Positions 1 to 10,067 of a stretch of DNA of 64,000 nucleotides are shown here, in pieces. Source of the stretch: an uncultured Clostridia bacterium (GTDB taxonomy: Bacteria; Bacillota; Clostridia; Christensenellales; UBA1242); NCBI GenBank assembly GCA_944383685.1, contig CALWQM010000015.1:198226-262225 (forward strand). Direction: 5' to 3'. Under the pieces are notes generated by a model, which saw only the letters and a program-made list of their open reading frames with translations, made no database searches and had not been told where the DNA came from. Numbering within the stretch: the first letter of the stretch is position 1; every line of letters begins with the position of its first letter. Made by a program: the position numbers and the translations under genes.

Positions 1-121
1 CATTTTCATGTTTTTTTATTGAATTTTTAAGTTTTTTTAATGATTTTAGTCTAAAATCATAATTTAATGTTGTTCCCTTATTAAAATATTCTCTTTGTTT
101 TTTAACAATATCTTGAATCAT
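1..121 (-). CDS. aldehyde dehydrogenase family protein, N-terminal ~40 codons only (gene runs off the left edge)
   Basis: Minus-strand ATG at 119-121 preceded by GAGGAG (126-131). Translation MIQDIVKKQREYFNKGTTLNYDFRLKSLKKLKNSIKKHEN resembles the conserved N-terminus of class-3-type NAD(P)+ aldehyde dehydrogenases. Confidence 0.55.
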   Translation of the reverse strand, partial: MIQDIVKKQREYFNKGTTLNYDFRLKSLKKLKNSIKKHEN

Positions 122-150
122 AAATCTCCTCTTTAAGATGATTAAAAATT

Positions 151-1362
151 TTACTTTTCGCTATTTGGCAACAATTTTCTATAAACAACTTTTAATTCAT
201 TTTCATCCATAAGTTTTGGCACAGGATAAAGTGGATTTGCTTCTTTATCAGCATGTCCTGCAAGCACATCAAAATCTTCTTCTTTAAGTTCCTTAACAAA
301 TGTTGGTATTCCAAAATATTTATTCAAATCTTCAATATATGCAATAAACTTTTTAGCCGCAACTTCTTCTGTATCACTATTTTCTGCAATCAATGAAATC
401 TTTGCAAGTTTACTTAACTTTTCATAAGCGGTTTTGCCATATTCTTTCAACATATATGGTAAAATAATGGCATTTGCAAGTCCATGTGGAACACCATATT
501 GCCCACCAAGTGAATGAGCAATGGCATGAACATAACCAACATAAGAAACAGTGAAAGCCACCCCAGCACAATATGAAGCTTTAAGCATATTAGCCCTTGC
601 CTTTTCATTGTGTGGTTCATCATAAGCAAGTTTCAAGTTTTCAACAATAAGTTTAACAGCCTCCTCAGCCATCGCCCTTGTCTTTTTTGTGGTTGACCTT
701 CCAATATACGCCTCAACTGCATGTGTGAGAGCATCCATACCTGTTGTTGAAGTTACATTTTTAGGCAAATTTAAGGTTGTCTTATAATCTAAAACTGCAT
801 AATGTGGAATTACTGAAAAGTCGTTTATGGCATATTTATAATGAGTTTTTGAGTCAGTAATAACCGCTGCAAGTGTTGTTTCACTTCCTGTTCCAGCAGT
901 TGTTGGAACGGCAAAAAGTGGTGGAAGTTTCTTTCTTATTTTAAGAAGCCCCTTCATTTTTTGAACACTTTTTCTTGGCTTTACCACTCTTGCAAGAATT
1001 GTTTTGGCACAGTCCATAACAGAACCACCGCCAAAAGCAACACAAGCCTCACAACCATTTTCTTTATAAACTTTAAGTCCACTTTCAACCATATCGATTG
1101 TTGGATTTGGCAAAATGTCATCAAAAATTGAAAGATTAATAGCATTCTCTTTCACCAAGTTTTCAAGTTCAGCAGTAAGCCCAAGTCCCCTGATAGATTT
1201 ATCAGTTACAAGAAGAATATTTTTAATTTTTTTCTCATTTAAAATGTCAACAACTTCTTGCATAGATTTTAATATCTTTGGCTCTCTGTATGGCATAAGT
1301 GGGATAACCATTTTAAATATACTTTGAAATGTTCTGCAATAAATCTTTTTAAAAACATTCAT
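151..1362 (-). CDS. iron-containing (group III) alcohol dehydrogenase
   Basis: 403-aa ORF with Fe-ADH hallmarks GGGSVMDCAK and the His-rich metal region HAIAHSLGGQYGVPHG. AAGGAG RBS upstream. Confidence 0.9.
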   Translation of the reverse strand: MNVFKKIYCRTFQSIFKMVIPLMPYREPKILKSMQEVVDILNEKKIKNILLVTDKSIRGLGLTAELENLVKENAINLSIFDDILPNPTIDMVESGLKVYKENGCEACVAFGGGSVMDCAKTILARVVKPRKSVQKMKGLLKIRKKLPPLFAVPTTAGTGSETTLAAVITDSKTHYKYAINDFSVIPHYAVLDYKTTLNLPKNVTSTTGMDALTHAVEAYIGRSTTKKTRAMAEEAVKLIVENLKLAYDEPHNEKARANMLKASYCAGVAFTVSYVGYVHAIAHSLGGQYGVPHGLANAIILPYMLKEYGKTAYEKLSKLAKISLIAENSDTEEVAAKKFIAYIEDLNKYFGIPTFVKELKEEDFDVLAGHADKEANPLYPVPKLMDENELKVVYRKLLPNSEK

Positions 1363-1382
1363 TTTTCATCTCCTTGAAAGTT

Positions 1383-2105
1383 TTATTTTTTATTATGACT
1401 TTCTACATTTCCTAGTTTAATATTTGAATAATATATTGATGAAGCAAGAACAAATTCTGCTGGATAATATAGTATCAAACATAAATTATCAAAAATTTCA
1501 TGAGCAATTTCTGACACAACTCCAAACACATTGAAAAGAAGCATTAAATCAGATAAGAAAAACAATAAACTTCCAATCATGATAATAAGATTTTCAATTT
1601 TATATTCTTTCATAAACACATAATTTGAAATTGCTTTTCCAAGCATGAAAGAGATAATCAAAGCATAAACAATAACGATAGGTAACATACCTTTATAGTC
1701 AAAAATAGGTAAAGCCAAAATAATTATTAAAGCAACAGCAAATATAGCCAATGAAATGACAAGGTCTTTCCAATTTATTTTGTTTAAAATGCTGTATGAA
1801 ACAAAAAAGAACACATGTCCAATCGCAAATAACATCGCCCCATAAATAAAGTAATCAATTAAAACAATATCTCCAAGGCAAGCAAAAACTAGCCCAAGAA
1901 GCATAAAGTATTTAAATAATTTATTTCTTTGTTCAAGTTTAAAAATAAAAATAAAATTAATTATCCCTAAAATAACAAACAAAACACTTGCAGTTGTTTT
2001 AAAAATATAAGGCAAATTTTTAAAGCAAAGCAAACATATATCCATTGCCAAAATTAAAATAAACATAACCAAATTTGAAATCCAAACTTTTTTATCTTTA
2101 AACAT
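1383..2105 (-). CDS. YhhN-family membrane protein (lysoplasmalogenase-like)
   Basis: Polytopic membrane ORF with YhhN-type motifs CLGDIVL, FAIGHVFFFVSY and GSLLFFLSDLML. The ATG at 2105 has a GGGAG RBS 5 nt upstream; the track start at 2117 is a TTG. Confidence 0.6.
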   Translation of the reverse strand: MFKDKKVWISNLVMFILILAMDICLLCFKNLPYIFKTTASVLFVILGIINFIFIFKLEQRNKLFKYFMLLGLVFACLGDIVLIDYFIYGAMLFAIGHVFFFVSYSILNKINWKDLVISLAIFAVALIIILALPIFDYKGMLPIVIVYALIISFMLGKAISNYVFMKEYKIENLIIMIGSLLFFLSDLMLLFNVFGVVSEIAHEIFDNLCLILYYPAEFVLASSIYYSNIKLGNVESHNKK

Positions 2106-2194
2106 ATAAACTCCCAATATTTAATATTGTAATACAAAATTAAAAAAATTAACAAATGAAATTAAAAAATATTTAAAATTTTTTATCTTTTTTT

Positions 2195-2222
2195 AAAAAA
2201 TAGGAAGATTTTTTCTTCCTAT
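2195..2222 (-). terminator. rho-independent terminator of the M16 peptidase gene
   Basis: Hairpin TAGGAAGA-AAAA-ATCTTCCTA followed by a T-run when read on the minus strand. It overlaps the TAG stop at 2219-2221. Confidence 0.6.
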
Positions 2223-3523
2223 TTTAATTTTAATATTTTTTCAATTTCCTTAACATTCATTTCATTTGCAATTTCTGGTGAAGTTAAAACCGTGATATTT
2301 GGTTTTCCATTCAAACTTTTCTTCAAATATTCATTCACTTCTTCAAAAGAGATATTTTCCAATTTTTTATGCAGTTTTCTTCTTTCTCTTTTTGTTAAAA
2401 TGTTGTCAAACTTTTTTACTTGAAAAATTTTATTTTTACAAACATTTTCAATTCCAGAGTGGTCTAAATTTGACATTTCAAAGAGTTTTTGTTTTTGTTC
2501 TTCAAAAAGTTCTTTGTTTAAACCATTTTTCTTAATTTCAGTTAAAAACTCTTTGAAAATATCGTAATTAAATTTTATCTTTTCATTTTCACATTGCACC
2601 CTAAAATTTGCAACCTTAGCTTTGTAATCATTTGTGAGAGCAAAATAGCAACCATAACAAGATTTATTTTCTTCTCTAAATTTTTTAAAAGCCATTGAAT
2701 TAAGTGTTTCTGTGATAATGTTTTGAAAATAAGCTTCCTCTCTTGAAATATATTTTTCCTTTTCGCCATAACTCCAAATAATATCAAGTAAAGCCTTCTT
2801 TTCTTCCCATGGCTTTTCTGTTATAAACTTTCCGCCATTGAAACTAACATAATCTTCATAACCAAAGCCAACTTTTCCATGTTCTTTTAACCTATCAATA
2901 ACATATTTTTCAACAATGTGTTTAGCCTTTCTCAAAGATATATTTCCAACAATAGAAACAACAGCATTGTTTAAAGCAAAATAAGTATCAATAAATTCCA
3001 TTGCATCTTTTAAAGTGAGAGCATTAACAGATTCTTTTGTTCCAATTGTAAGCCCTTCATTCACATTTTTATGATTTTTGTCTTTATATAAATTTTTGCA
3101 TTGTAAATAATATGCCTGCATAGTATTTAACTTTAATCTTGTTGCAATTTCCTGAGTAACTATCTTTTTCTCATCTTCAAATTCTTTTTCGGCATTGGTA
3201 AACCCAAGAAAACCAGAAGTTAAAGAGTCAACAAGGCTTTCAAAAGTTTCTTTTGTTGCTTTACCTAAAAAATTCATTTCAATAAGACTTGTATTCGCAT
3301 TTTTGTTTGGATATCTATATAAAGACTTGTTTAACTCTTGCCTTGAATATTTCTTATTAGAAAATGTTGTAAGCATATGTTCAACCAAATGTGCTAACCC
3401 CTGTTTCCCATTTCCATCATTATAAGCTCCAGCATTAAAAGTTAGCCTAAAAGAAACACCTTCAATATCTTTATATTTTTTATGTAACAAAATAAGTCCA
3501 CTTTTATATCTTACAACTTTCAT
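2219..3523 (-). CDS. M16 (pitrilysin/insulinase) family zinc peptidase
   Basis: Inverted zinc motif HxxEH present as GLAHLVEHML near the N-terminus; 434 aa, typical size. Confidence 0.85.
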   Translation of the reverse strand: MKVVRYKSGLILLHKKYKDIEGVSFRLTFNAGAYNDGNGKQGLAHLVEHMLTTFSNKKYSRQELNKSLYRYPNKNANTSLIEMNFLGKATKETFESLVDSLTSGFLGFTNAEKEFEDEKKIVTQEIATRLKLNTMQAYYLQCKNLYKDKNHKNVNEGLTIGTKESVNALTLKDAMEFIDTYFALNNAVVSIVGNISLRKAKHIVEKYVIDRLKEHGKVGFGYEDYVSFNGGKFITEKPWEEKKALLDIIWSYGEKEKYISREEAYFQNIITETLNSMAFKKFREENKSCYGCYFALTNDYKAKVANFRVQCENEKIKFNYDIFKEFLTEIKKNGLNKELFEEQKQKLFEMSNLDHSGIENVCKNKIFQVKKFDNILTKRERRKLHKKLENISFEEVNEYLKKSLNGKPNITVLTSPEIANEMNVKEIEKILKLK

Positions 3524-3591
3524 TTCCCCTCCTTAACAAGAAATAAGTATATATAAATTTTTGTAAATTGTCAATAGATAATTAACTCATG

Positions 3592-3630
3592 AATTAAATA
3601 AAATATGTATTAAAATGTTGTTTAATACAT
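3592..3630 (-). terminator. terminator downstream of the flavodoxin gene
   Basis: 10-bp stem ATGTATTAAA / TTTAATACAT (3605-3630) followed on the minus strand by ATTTTATTTAATT. Confidence 0.5.
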
Positions 3631-3649
3631 ACCTTAACATCTTATAATC

Positions 3650-4135
3650 CTATTTTATATTTTGTAGCCACTCATCAATTTTTATGCTTGGAGTTTTCAA
3701 ATTTGAACCAAAAAAATAAATATCAATCCCCTTTTCAACAGTCGAATTTGGACAAGCTTTTTTGATATCCTCAAAAGTGTGTCCAATCCATCCACCATTT
3801 GTTGCAAAAGGATAAACAACTTTTCCGCTTAAATCATAATTTGCTAAAAACGAAAGAACAGCCGGTGCCATACTATACCACCAAACAGGAGTTCCCAAAA
3901 TTATTTCATCATAATTTGAAACATCCGCTTTAAGAGGTTTTATTTCTGGCTTATAGCTCTCCCTTATTTCCTTTTTGGCATGTTCAACAACTTCGTCATA
4001 GTCACTTGAATACTTTTTTACGGTCTCAATTTCAAGCATGTCCGCCCCAAGTTTTGAAGCAAGATTTTCAGCAATCTTCTTTGTGTTACCAGTGTAGGAA
4101 TAAAACACAACTACTCTTTTTTTATCTTTACTCAT
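3650..4135 (-). CDS. flavodoxin family protein
   Basis: 161 aa with N-terminal FMN phosphate loop VVFYSYTGNTKKIAE and the ILGTPVWW segment. Confidence 0.85.
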   Translation of the reverse strand: MSKDKKRVVVFYSYTGNTKKIAENLASKLGADMLEIETVKKYSSDYDEVVEHAKKEIRESYKPEIKPLKADVSNYDEIILGTPVWWYSMAPAVLSFLANYDLSGKVVYPFATNGGWIGHTFEDIKKACPNSTVEKGIDIYFFGSNLKTPSIKIDEWLQNIK

Positions 4136-4160
4136 AATAATTCTCCTTTTACATTAAGTC

Positions 4161-4191
4161 ATTATAGATATTGGAGTTTACTCTAAGTCAA
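4161..4191 (-). promoter_or_regulatory. sigma-A-type promoter of the flavodoxin gene with a 19-nt spacer
   Basis: Minus strand reads TTGACT (4186-4191) - TAGAGTAAACTCCAATATC - TATAAT (4161-4166). The spacer contains the small palindrome GAGT-AA-ACTC. Confidence 0.4.
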
Positions 4192-4236
4192 GCATTTTCA
4201 AAAGATTTTATAAAAAATTTTTAAATTGAACAAAAA

Positions 4237-6144
4237 CTATCTTCCATGGCTTCCGCCACCTCCTCCGCCTCCGCCAGAGGAACCTGAACGACCACCGCCG
4301 CCACCAAAACCTCTACCACTGCCGGCTTTTGACCTTACAGCATAAGTGTGAACAACTGCGCTTGTAACAATACCTCCAAGTTTAGTTGCAGAGTATCCTT
4401 GGCAATAATCTGGCATTTCAAGATTGAGTGCTTTAAACTTTTCTTCTAACTTATCGGTTAAATTAAAAACATAACAATAAGGCAAAACTTTATAATAATA
4501 CTCATGGTCTTCTTCAATAAGCATTTCCAACCTTTCAACTTCAACAAGTTTCAAAAAGTTTTTGAAGCCCAAAACTTTGCCTCTCAAATTTAATTCTTCC
4601 TTAGTAAACAATTTAATATATTTTGAAAGATAAATACCCGCAATCATAACCACTGCTGTAATAATGTTAAGATAACAGATATCGTAAGGTAAGAAGTATC
4701 CAGCCCAAACCAAAATTATAAGTGGCAAACCACCAAAAAAAGCACACCACACAGTTTTAAAGCCAATAGGCATAGAAACATAAGTTAAAACTAACATTGC
4801 AATAACTGGAAATAGAAGTACGAAAAAGAGATAGAAATATTCAATCATTAAAACTGTTTTCCAAATTAAATACATTAGAATCGGCAAAACTGCCAAAGCA
4901 CATGCCACATATCTTAGTATTGTAATTTTCTTATTCACCGACTCTGGTCTTTTAAATAAATTACCAACCGCTTTGTTCACATCAGTGTTATTACTGTTGT
5001 TATTTTTAGTCATAACAAAATTTTCACCATTAACAAACATTGCATTAAACAACTGCTTTTCTTCCAATTTTGAAATAAGAAATTGACCTTTTGTTTCAGG
5101 CAGATTTGGAAAATCTTTTAATTTGGTTAACACAATGTTGTTTTTATCAAGCACCTCCATTGAAATTAACTTTTTACTTACCCACTCAATAATTAAAGCT
5201 GATAAATCTTTTGACCTAATCTTTCCCCTGTAAATATTTGCCACATCAATTGTGGAGCAATCTTTTGGCGGATAAAATTCTGGTGTAATAATAGGTTTTT
5301 TATGAAATTTATGCAAAACTAAAATGATAATAAGCCCAATCACTGCCAAAATAGTTATTGCAATAACAACAAAGTAAAGAGCATTTGGAATATAAGTTGT
5401 GTCGAAATATCCATCAGGTAATATCAACTGAATTGTAAAGCCAACTTGACTTGGTAAATTTTCATAACTGACACTTATTGCGTTATCAACAACTTGCAAA
5501 TTTAATGCTTCGCCACCAATTTCTTCCATGTCATTAGTTCTAAAACTTAACATGTTTTCCAATTCATTTTCGTCACTATAAAATGTTTTTGGCAAAGTGA
5601 TTGTTGCAGAAAACTTCTCCACAGGGCTGGCAAAATCATAATCCATAATATCAAAGGTAAAATCGTCAAAAGAAGAAATGAAATCTTCACCCATATCATA
5701 AGAATATTGAATTTCATAGACATGTTGTCCAACTTTAAAATCTCCATCTGCACCCGTGTTGATGTAATAATAATCATTATCTTCTTCCAAGAAATTATAT
5801 TCTTTCTGTCCATCCATTGTAACAGAAATTAATTCAAGTTCATTGATATAAGTTTCCGCATATTCCTTGCCATCAACAATGCGAGTAATTCTGTTCACTT
5901 TTGAGATATTTCTTGAAAGCCCCACATTGATGCCTGGTGATTTATAAGTCACAGTTATCTTTTCCGTTATATTGCACACCTTGTTTTCTTGAATATCAAT
6001 AGTTTTCTCAACCAAGTTATAAACAATATTAGAATCCTTAATTGAAGCATAAGAAACTTGTGGGGAAGAAAAGAAAAACATTCCACCTATTAAAAGTGCA
6101 ATGGTAATAATAAAAAAATTCAAATAAATAACTTTATTCTTCAA
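4237..6144 (-). CDS. DUF2207-family membrane protein
   Basis: N-terminal signal/TM, beta-rich ectodomain, multiple TM helices and the characteristic C-terminal Gly-rich tail GGGGGRSGSSGGGGGGGGSHGR. Confidence 0.75.
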   Translation of the reverse strand: MKNKVIYLNFFIITIALLIGGMFFFSSPQVSYASIKDSNIVYNLVEKTIDIQENKVCNITEKITVTYKSPGINVGLSRNISKVNRITRIVDGKEYAETYINELELISVTMDGQKEYNFLEEDNDYYYINTGADGDFKVGQHVYEIQYSYDMGEDFISSFDDFTFDIMDYDFASPVEKFSATITLPKTFYSDENELENMLSFRTNDMEEIGGEALNLQVVDNAISVSYENLPSQVGFTIQLILPDGYFDTTYIPNALYFVVIAITILAVIGLIIILVLHKFHKKPIITPEFYPPKDCSTIDVANIYRGKIRSKDLSALIIEWVSKKLISMEVLDKNNIVLTKLKDFPNLPETKGQFLISKLEEKQLFNAMFVNGENFVMTKNNNSNNTDVNKAVGNLFKRPESVNKKITILRYVACALAVLPILMYLIWKTVLMIEYFYLFFVLLFPVIAMLVLTYVSMPIGFKTVWCAFFGGLPLIILVWAGYFLPYDICYLNIITAVVMIAGIYLSKYIKLFTKEELNLRGKVLGFKNFLKLVEVERLEMLIEEDHEYYYKVLPYCYVFNLTDKLEEKFKALNLEMPDYCQGYSATKLGGIVTSAVVHTYAVRSKAGSGRGFGGGGGRSGSSGGGGGGGGSHGR

Positions 6145-6241
6145 AAATCATCCCCTATCTTTAAATAATAAATAGCATAAAATTGGATTTTTTTCAAGCA
6201 ATACAAGTTAAATTATGAAATTCATGAAAAATATTCTTAAA

Positions 6242-6571
6242 TTAACCAAGTTTATCGCCATTTTCAACATTAAAATCTGGCTTAATCAAAACAACTCCAC
6301 CCTGGGAATAAGTTCCAAGCACCAAAACTTGTGACATAAAATCGGCAATTTGCCTCGGTGGAAAATTTACCACGGCCAAAACTTGTTTACCAATCAAATC
6401 ACTTGCCATATAGTGATTTGTAATTTGAGCAGAAGATTTTTTTAATCCAATTTCTTTTCCAAAGTCAATCAAAAGTTTATATGCAGGCTTTTTTGCTTTT
6501 TCAAAAACTTCCGCCTCAACAATAGTCCCAACTCTAATATCCAACTTTAAAAAATCTTCAAAACTTGCCAT
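6242..6571 (-). CDS. csaA: tRNA-binding domain protein CsaA
   Basis: 109 aa. FLKLDIRVGTIVEAE...SSAQIT...VVNFPPRQIADFMSQVLVLG closely parallels Bacillus CsaA. Confidence 0.85.
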   Translation of the reverse strand: MASFEDFLKLDIRVGTIVEAEVFEKAKKPAYKLLIDFGKEIGLKKSSAQITNHYMASDLIGKQVLAVVNFPPRQIADFMSQVLVLGTYSQGGVVLIKPDFNVENGDKLG

Positions 6572-6582
6572 AGTAAACCTCT

Positions 6583-7164
6583 TTATTTAACTTGCCAAGG
6601 ATAAAGCCCTGCTTGATTTTTTGAAAACATAAGTTTTTTATTATATAATGACCTAAGTTTATCTATACCAAGTTTATACTCCAAATGAAAGCCAAGGGTT
6701 TTAAGCTGTTTAGTTAAGATTTCAAATTGTTCATCTTCACTTTTATCACAAATATCATTATCTATCACATAATCAAGCAAGCCAATTTTTTCAATTTCCT
6801 GTAATTGATGATAACAATTTCCCTTTTTATATATCCAATCACTTTTTTTAGTGTCAAAAACTATCTCGTAACCATTTTTAAAAAATTTTTCAAAAAATTC
6901 AATAAGTTCATACAAATCAACTTTAACTATATCTGGAAGATTTTTATCAAAAACTTTTAAGTTTTCTAATCTTTCAAAATTGCGACATCTAATTAATTCA
7001 TTCTTAATTTGCTCTTCACTTTTATTTTTGAAGTCAACATTTTTACCAAAATATACATCTCTGGTATGGGTTTTAAAGGTATTTTCAAAGCCATTACTTA
7101 AAAGAATTTTTTCTGCCTCAAACTTATTTTCTTTAATCTTAACCCCAACTTCAACAACCTGCAC
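6583..7164 (-). CDS. CYTH-like domain protein (class IV adenylyl cyclase / triphosphate tunnel fold), divergent
   Basis: A GTG at 7164 with a GGAGG RBS gives the N-terminus VQVVEVGVKIK, at the position of the CYTH ExExK strand. Later segments (RDVYF, DTKKSDWIYKKG..QLQEIEKIGLLDYVIDND) follow the CyaB/CYTH pattern. By-eye assignment only. Confidence 0.4.
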   Translation of the reverse strand: MQVVEVGVKIKENKFEAEKILLSNGFENTFKTHTRDVYFGKNVDFKNKSEEQIKNELIRCRNFERLENLKVFDKNLPDIVKVDLYELIEFFEKFFKNGYEIVFDTKKSDWIYKKGNCYHQLQEIEKIGLLDYVIDNDICDKSEDEQFEILTKQLKTLGFHLEYKLGIDKLRSLYNKKLMFSKNQAGLYPWQVK

Positions 7165-7282
7165 TGCTTTCCTCCAAACAAAAAACTTCAACCTCAACTT
7201 GAATTTATATATGGCTCTAATTAAATACCAAGCTTCATTACGATTTTACAACATCTAATTTTTTGATTAAAAATCAAAATAT

Positions 7283-7828
7283 TCAAAAAACTCTTTCTTT
7301 TTCGCCACTTTGACTTGTTCTTGGTTTTGTCATAAAAGTCCTAAAATGAGGTGTCCAATCAATTGTATAAGATTTTCCTTCTAATACTATCTCATTCCAA
7401 GCATGGTGTTTTCCTTTAAATTCATCTTGCAAAACATTATCGTCAGTTCCTGTAACATATTTACATTTTATTCCTAACAATGAATATACATCTTTCATAG
7501 CTAATGATATACTCTCGCATACTCCTTTGCCACAAAGAATAGCATACTTTTCGCTTCTCCAAAATTTACCATCCTGATATAAATATTCTTTATTTATAAA
7601 AGTTCCATCTTGTTTTTTTTCAGACAAGATGCTTGAGTCATATTCAATGTTATCACAGAACCATTCATAAACTTTTTTAACCAAATCTACTTTTGATTGA
7701 TTTAAAGAATCTTTTTTTGCATATTCAACAATTTCTTGTAATTTTTTTTGATACTCTTTTTCAAGTTTATCTCTATATTTTTTTGCCTCTACATTTATTG
7801 TTGACTTACTTTTAATTATAAATGTCAT
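7283..7828 (-). CDS. transglutaminase-like cysteine peptidase domain protein
   Basis: Cys-His-Asp core visible as GKGVCESIS, HHAWNEIV and YTIDWT. Confidence 0.7.
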   Translation of the reverse strand: MTFIIKSKSTINVEAKKYRDKLEKEYQKKLQEIVEYAKKDSLNQSKVDLVKKVYEWFCDNIEYDSSILSEKKQDGTFINKEYLYQDGKFWRSEKYAILCGKGVCESISLAMKDVYSLLGIKCKYVTGTDDNVLQDEFKGKHHAWNEIVLEGKSYTIDWTPHFRTFMTKPRTSQSGEKERVF

Positions 7829-7868
7829 TAAATCTTCTCCTTAAAAAAGATTTTTTATTGCGTATATT

Positions 7869-7958
7869 TGGCGCAGAAAGAGGGATTCGAACCCTCGGTG
7901 CGGTTTCCCGCACACAGCCTTTCCAGGGCTGCACCTTAAACCACTCGGACATCTCTGC
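7869..7958 (-). tRNA. tRNA-Ser (anticodon GGA), class II with long variable arm, CCA encoded
   Basis: The reverse complement folds as a cloverleaf: GCAGAGATGTCCGAGTGGTTTAAGGTGCAGCCCTGGAAAGGCTGTGTGCGGGAAACCGCACCGAGGGTTCGAATCCCTCTTTCTGCGCCA. Elements: acceptor GCAGAGA/TTTCTGC, anticodon loop CTGGAAA, variable arm GTGCGG-GAAA-CCGCAC, T-loop GTTCGAATC. Confidence 0.92.
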
Positions 7959-8045
7959 ATATATTAAAGGTTTAAGCATTTATTTGAATATTAAGTTTTT
8001 TACCCTAAAACACTTAACAAGAGTGGTTTAAGGTATTTGGGGTCC
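7942..8045. repeat. direct repeat copy 1 (first 17 nt of tRNA-Ser plus its 87-nt upstream leader)
   Basis: 104 bp, identical to 8145-8249 except for one extra T in the T-run of copy 2. Confidence 0.9.
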
Positions 8046-8144
8046 CCGAAAATATTTATTATTTTTGGGGATTAAGAGAAAAACAAGTTCTAAACGAAAT
8101 TTTCAACACTTTGAAAATGAGTCATTAACGCAGTTTTTCTCTCG

Positions 8145-8249
8145 CACTCGGACATCTCTGCATATATTAAAGGTTTAAGCATTTATTTGAATATTAAGTT
8201 TTTTTACCCTAAAACACTTAACAAGAGTGGTTTAAGGTATTTGGGGTCC
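8145..8249. repeat. direct repeat copy 2 (orphan tRNA-Ser 5' fragment plus leader)
   Basis: 105 bp copy of 7942-8045 located 203 bp away. The tRNA-derived part stops after GCAGAGATGTCCGAGTG. Confidence 0.9.
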
Positions 8250-8356
8250 TAGAAAATACTTGTATTATTTTGAATTAAAAGTTTTAAAGGACTTTTAAAG
8301 TATATCAAATTTTTTTATAATTTGCAAATTAAATTTTAATATTTTAAATATTAAGT

Positions 8357-8402
8357 TTTTTATTGCATACTACACAATATATAGTGTAATATGCAATAAA
8401 AA
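8357..8402. repeat. long AT-rich inverted repeat just downstream of mnmA (possible terminator or operator)
   Basis: Arms 8357-8375 and 8384-8402 pair over 19 bp with one mismatch and an 8-nt loop. The flanking T and A runs pair with each other rather than forming a canonical U-tail. Confidence 0.4.
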
Positions 8403-8420
8403 CCATTTTATTTTGTGTGT

Positions 8421-9494
<1,074 letters not shown>

Positions 9495-9504
9495 CTACCT
9501 CCAC

Positions 9505-10020
9505 CTAAACCTTAAACCCGCCTGTTTCTGTGGTTTCAATGCAAACTGGAACTTTAAATTTTTTACAAATAACATAAACACAACTCACCATCCAAGCTAA
9601 AACTCCAATGCCAATAGGAACATACAAAACAGATAAAGCTTCAACCAAATAAACATTGAAAATTACACACACAATGGTGTAAACCATCATGGCACTCATC
9701 AAAATTCCTTTCACGTACTTTCCAACATAATAATAATGACCACCAAATAGCCCTAAAAAAAGAGTGTATAAAAGAAGCTTTGTGTAACTTATATCTTTTG
9801 GCAAAGTCGAAGTGTATAAAATGTAATCTCTATCACCCTTTTTCATCATTTCCTTGGCAGCTTTATTAGTTGCATAATCAAGACGTGAAAAAATAAGTCC
9901 GCACTCATTGCACTTTGTTGCAGTTTGAATACATTTATTATCACACCTTGGGCAACGTTTAAAAGGTTTTTTATTTATTTTCATATTTAATATGATATAA
10001 TTTTTTATCATAAAAGTCAA
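9505..10020 (-). CDS. zinc-ribbon plus TM2 domain membrane protein
   Basis: CPRCDNKC...CNECG zinc ribbon followed by the TM2 motif FLGLFGGHYYYVGKYVKG and two further TM helices. The real start may be the ATG at 9984 (MKINKKPF). Confidence 0.7.
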   Translation of the reverse strand: MTFMIKNYIILNMKINKKPFKRCPRCDNKCIQTATKCNECGLIFSRLDYATNKAAKEMMKKGDRDYILYTSTLPKDISYTKLLLYTLFLGLFGGHYYYVGKYVKGILMSAMMVYTIVCVIFNVYLVEALSVLYVPIGIGVLAWMVSCVYVICKKFKVPVCIETTETGGFKV

Positions 10021-10067
10021 GAAAATAGATTTTAAATATAATTAAAGAAAAGGACTAATTACAAATT

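Noticed and set aside
4240-4330. GC-rich repetitive stretch (ccgccacctcctccgcctccgcc...)
   Set aside because: It is not a repeat element. It simply encodes the poly-Gly tail of the DUF2207 protein on the minus strand.
8046-8144. The 99-bp spacer between the tRNA-leader repeats as a MITE (9-bp inverted ends GAGAAAAAC/GTTTTTCTC)
   Set aside because: The inverted ends are short and internal to the spacer, there are no target-site duplications, and no other copy exists in the window. It is kept only as part of the tRNA-duplication finding.
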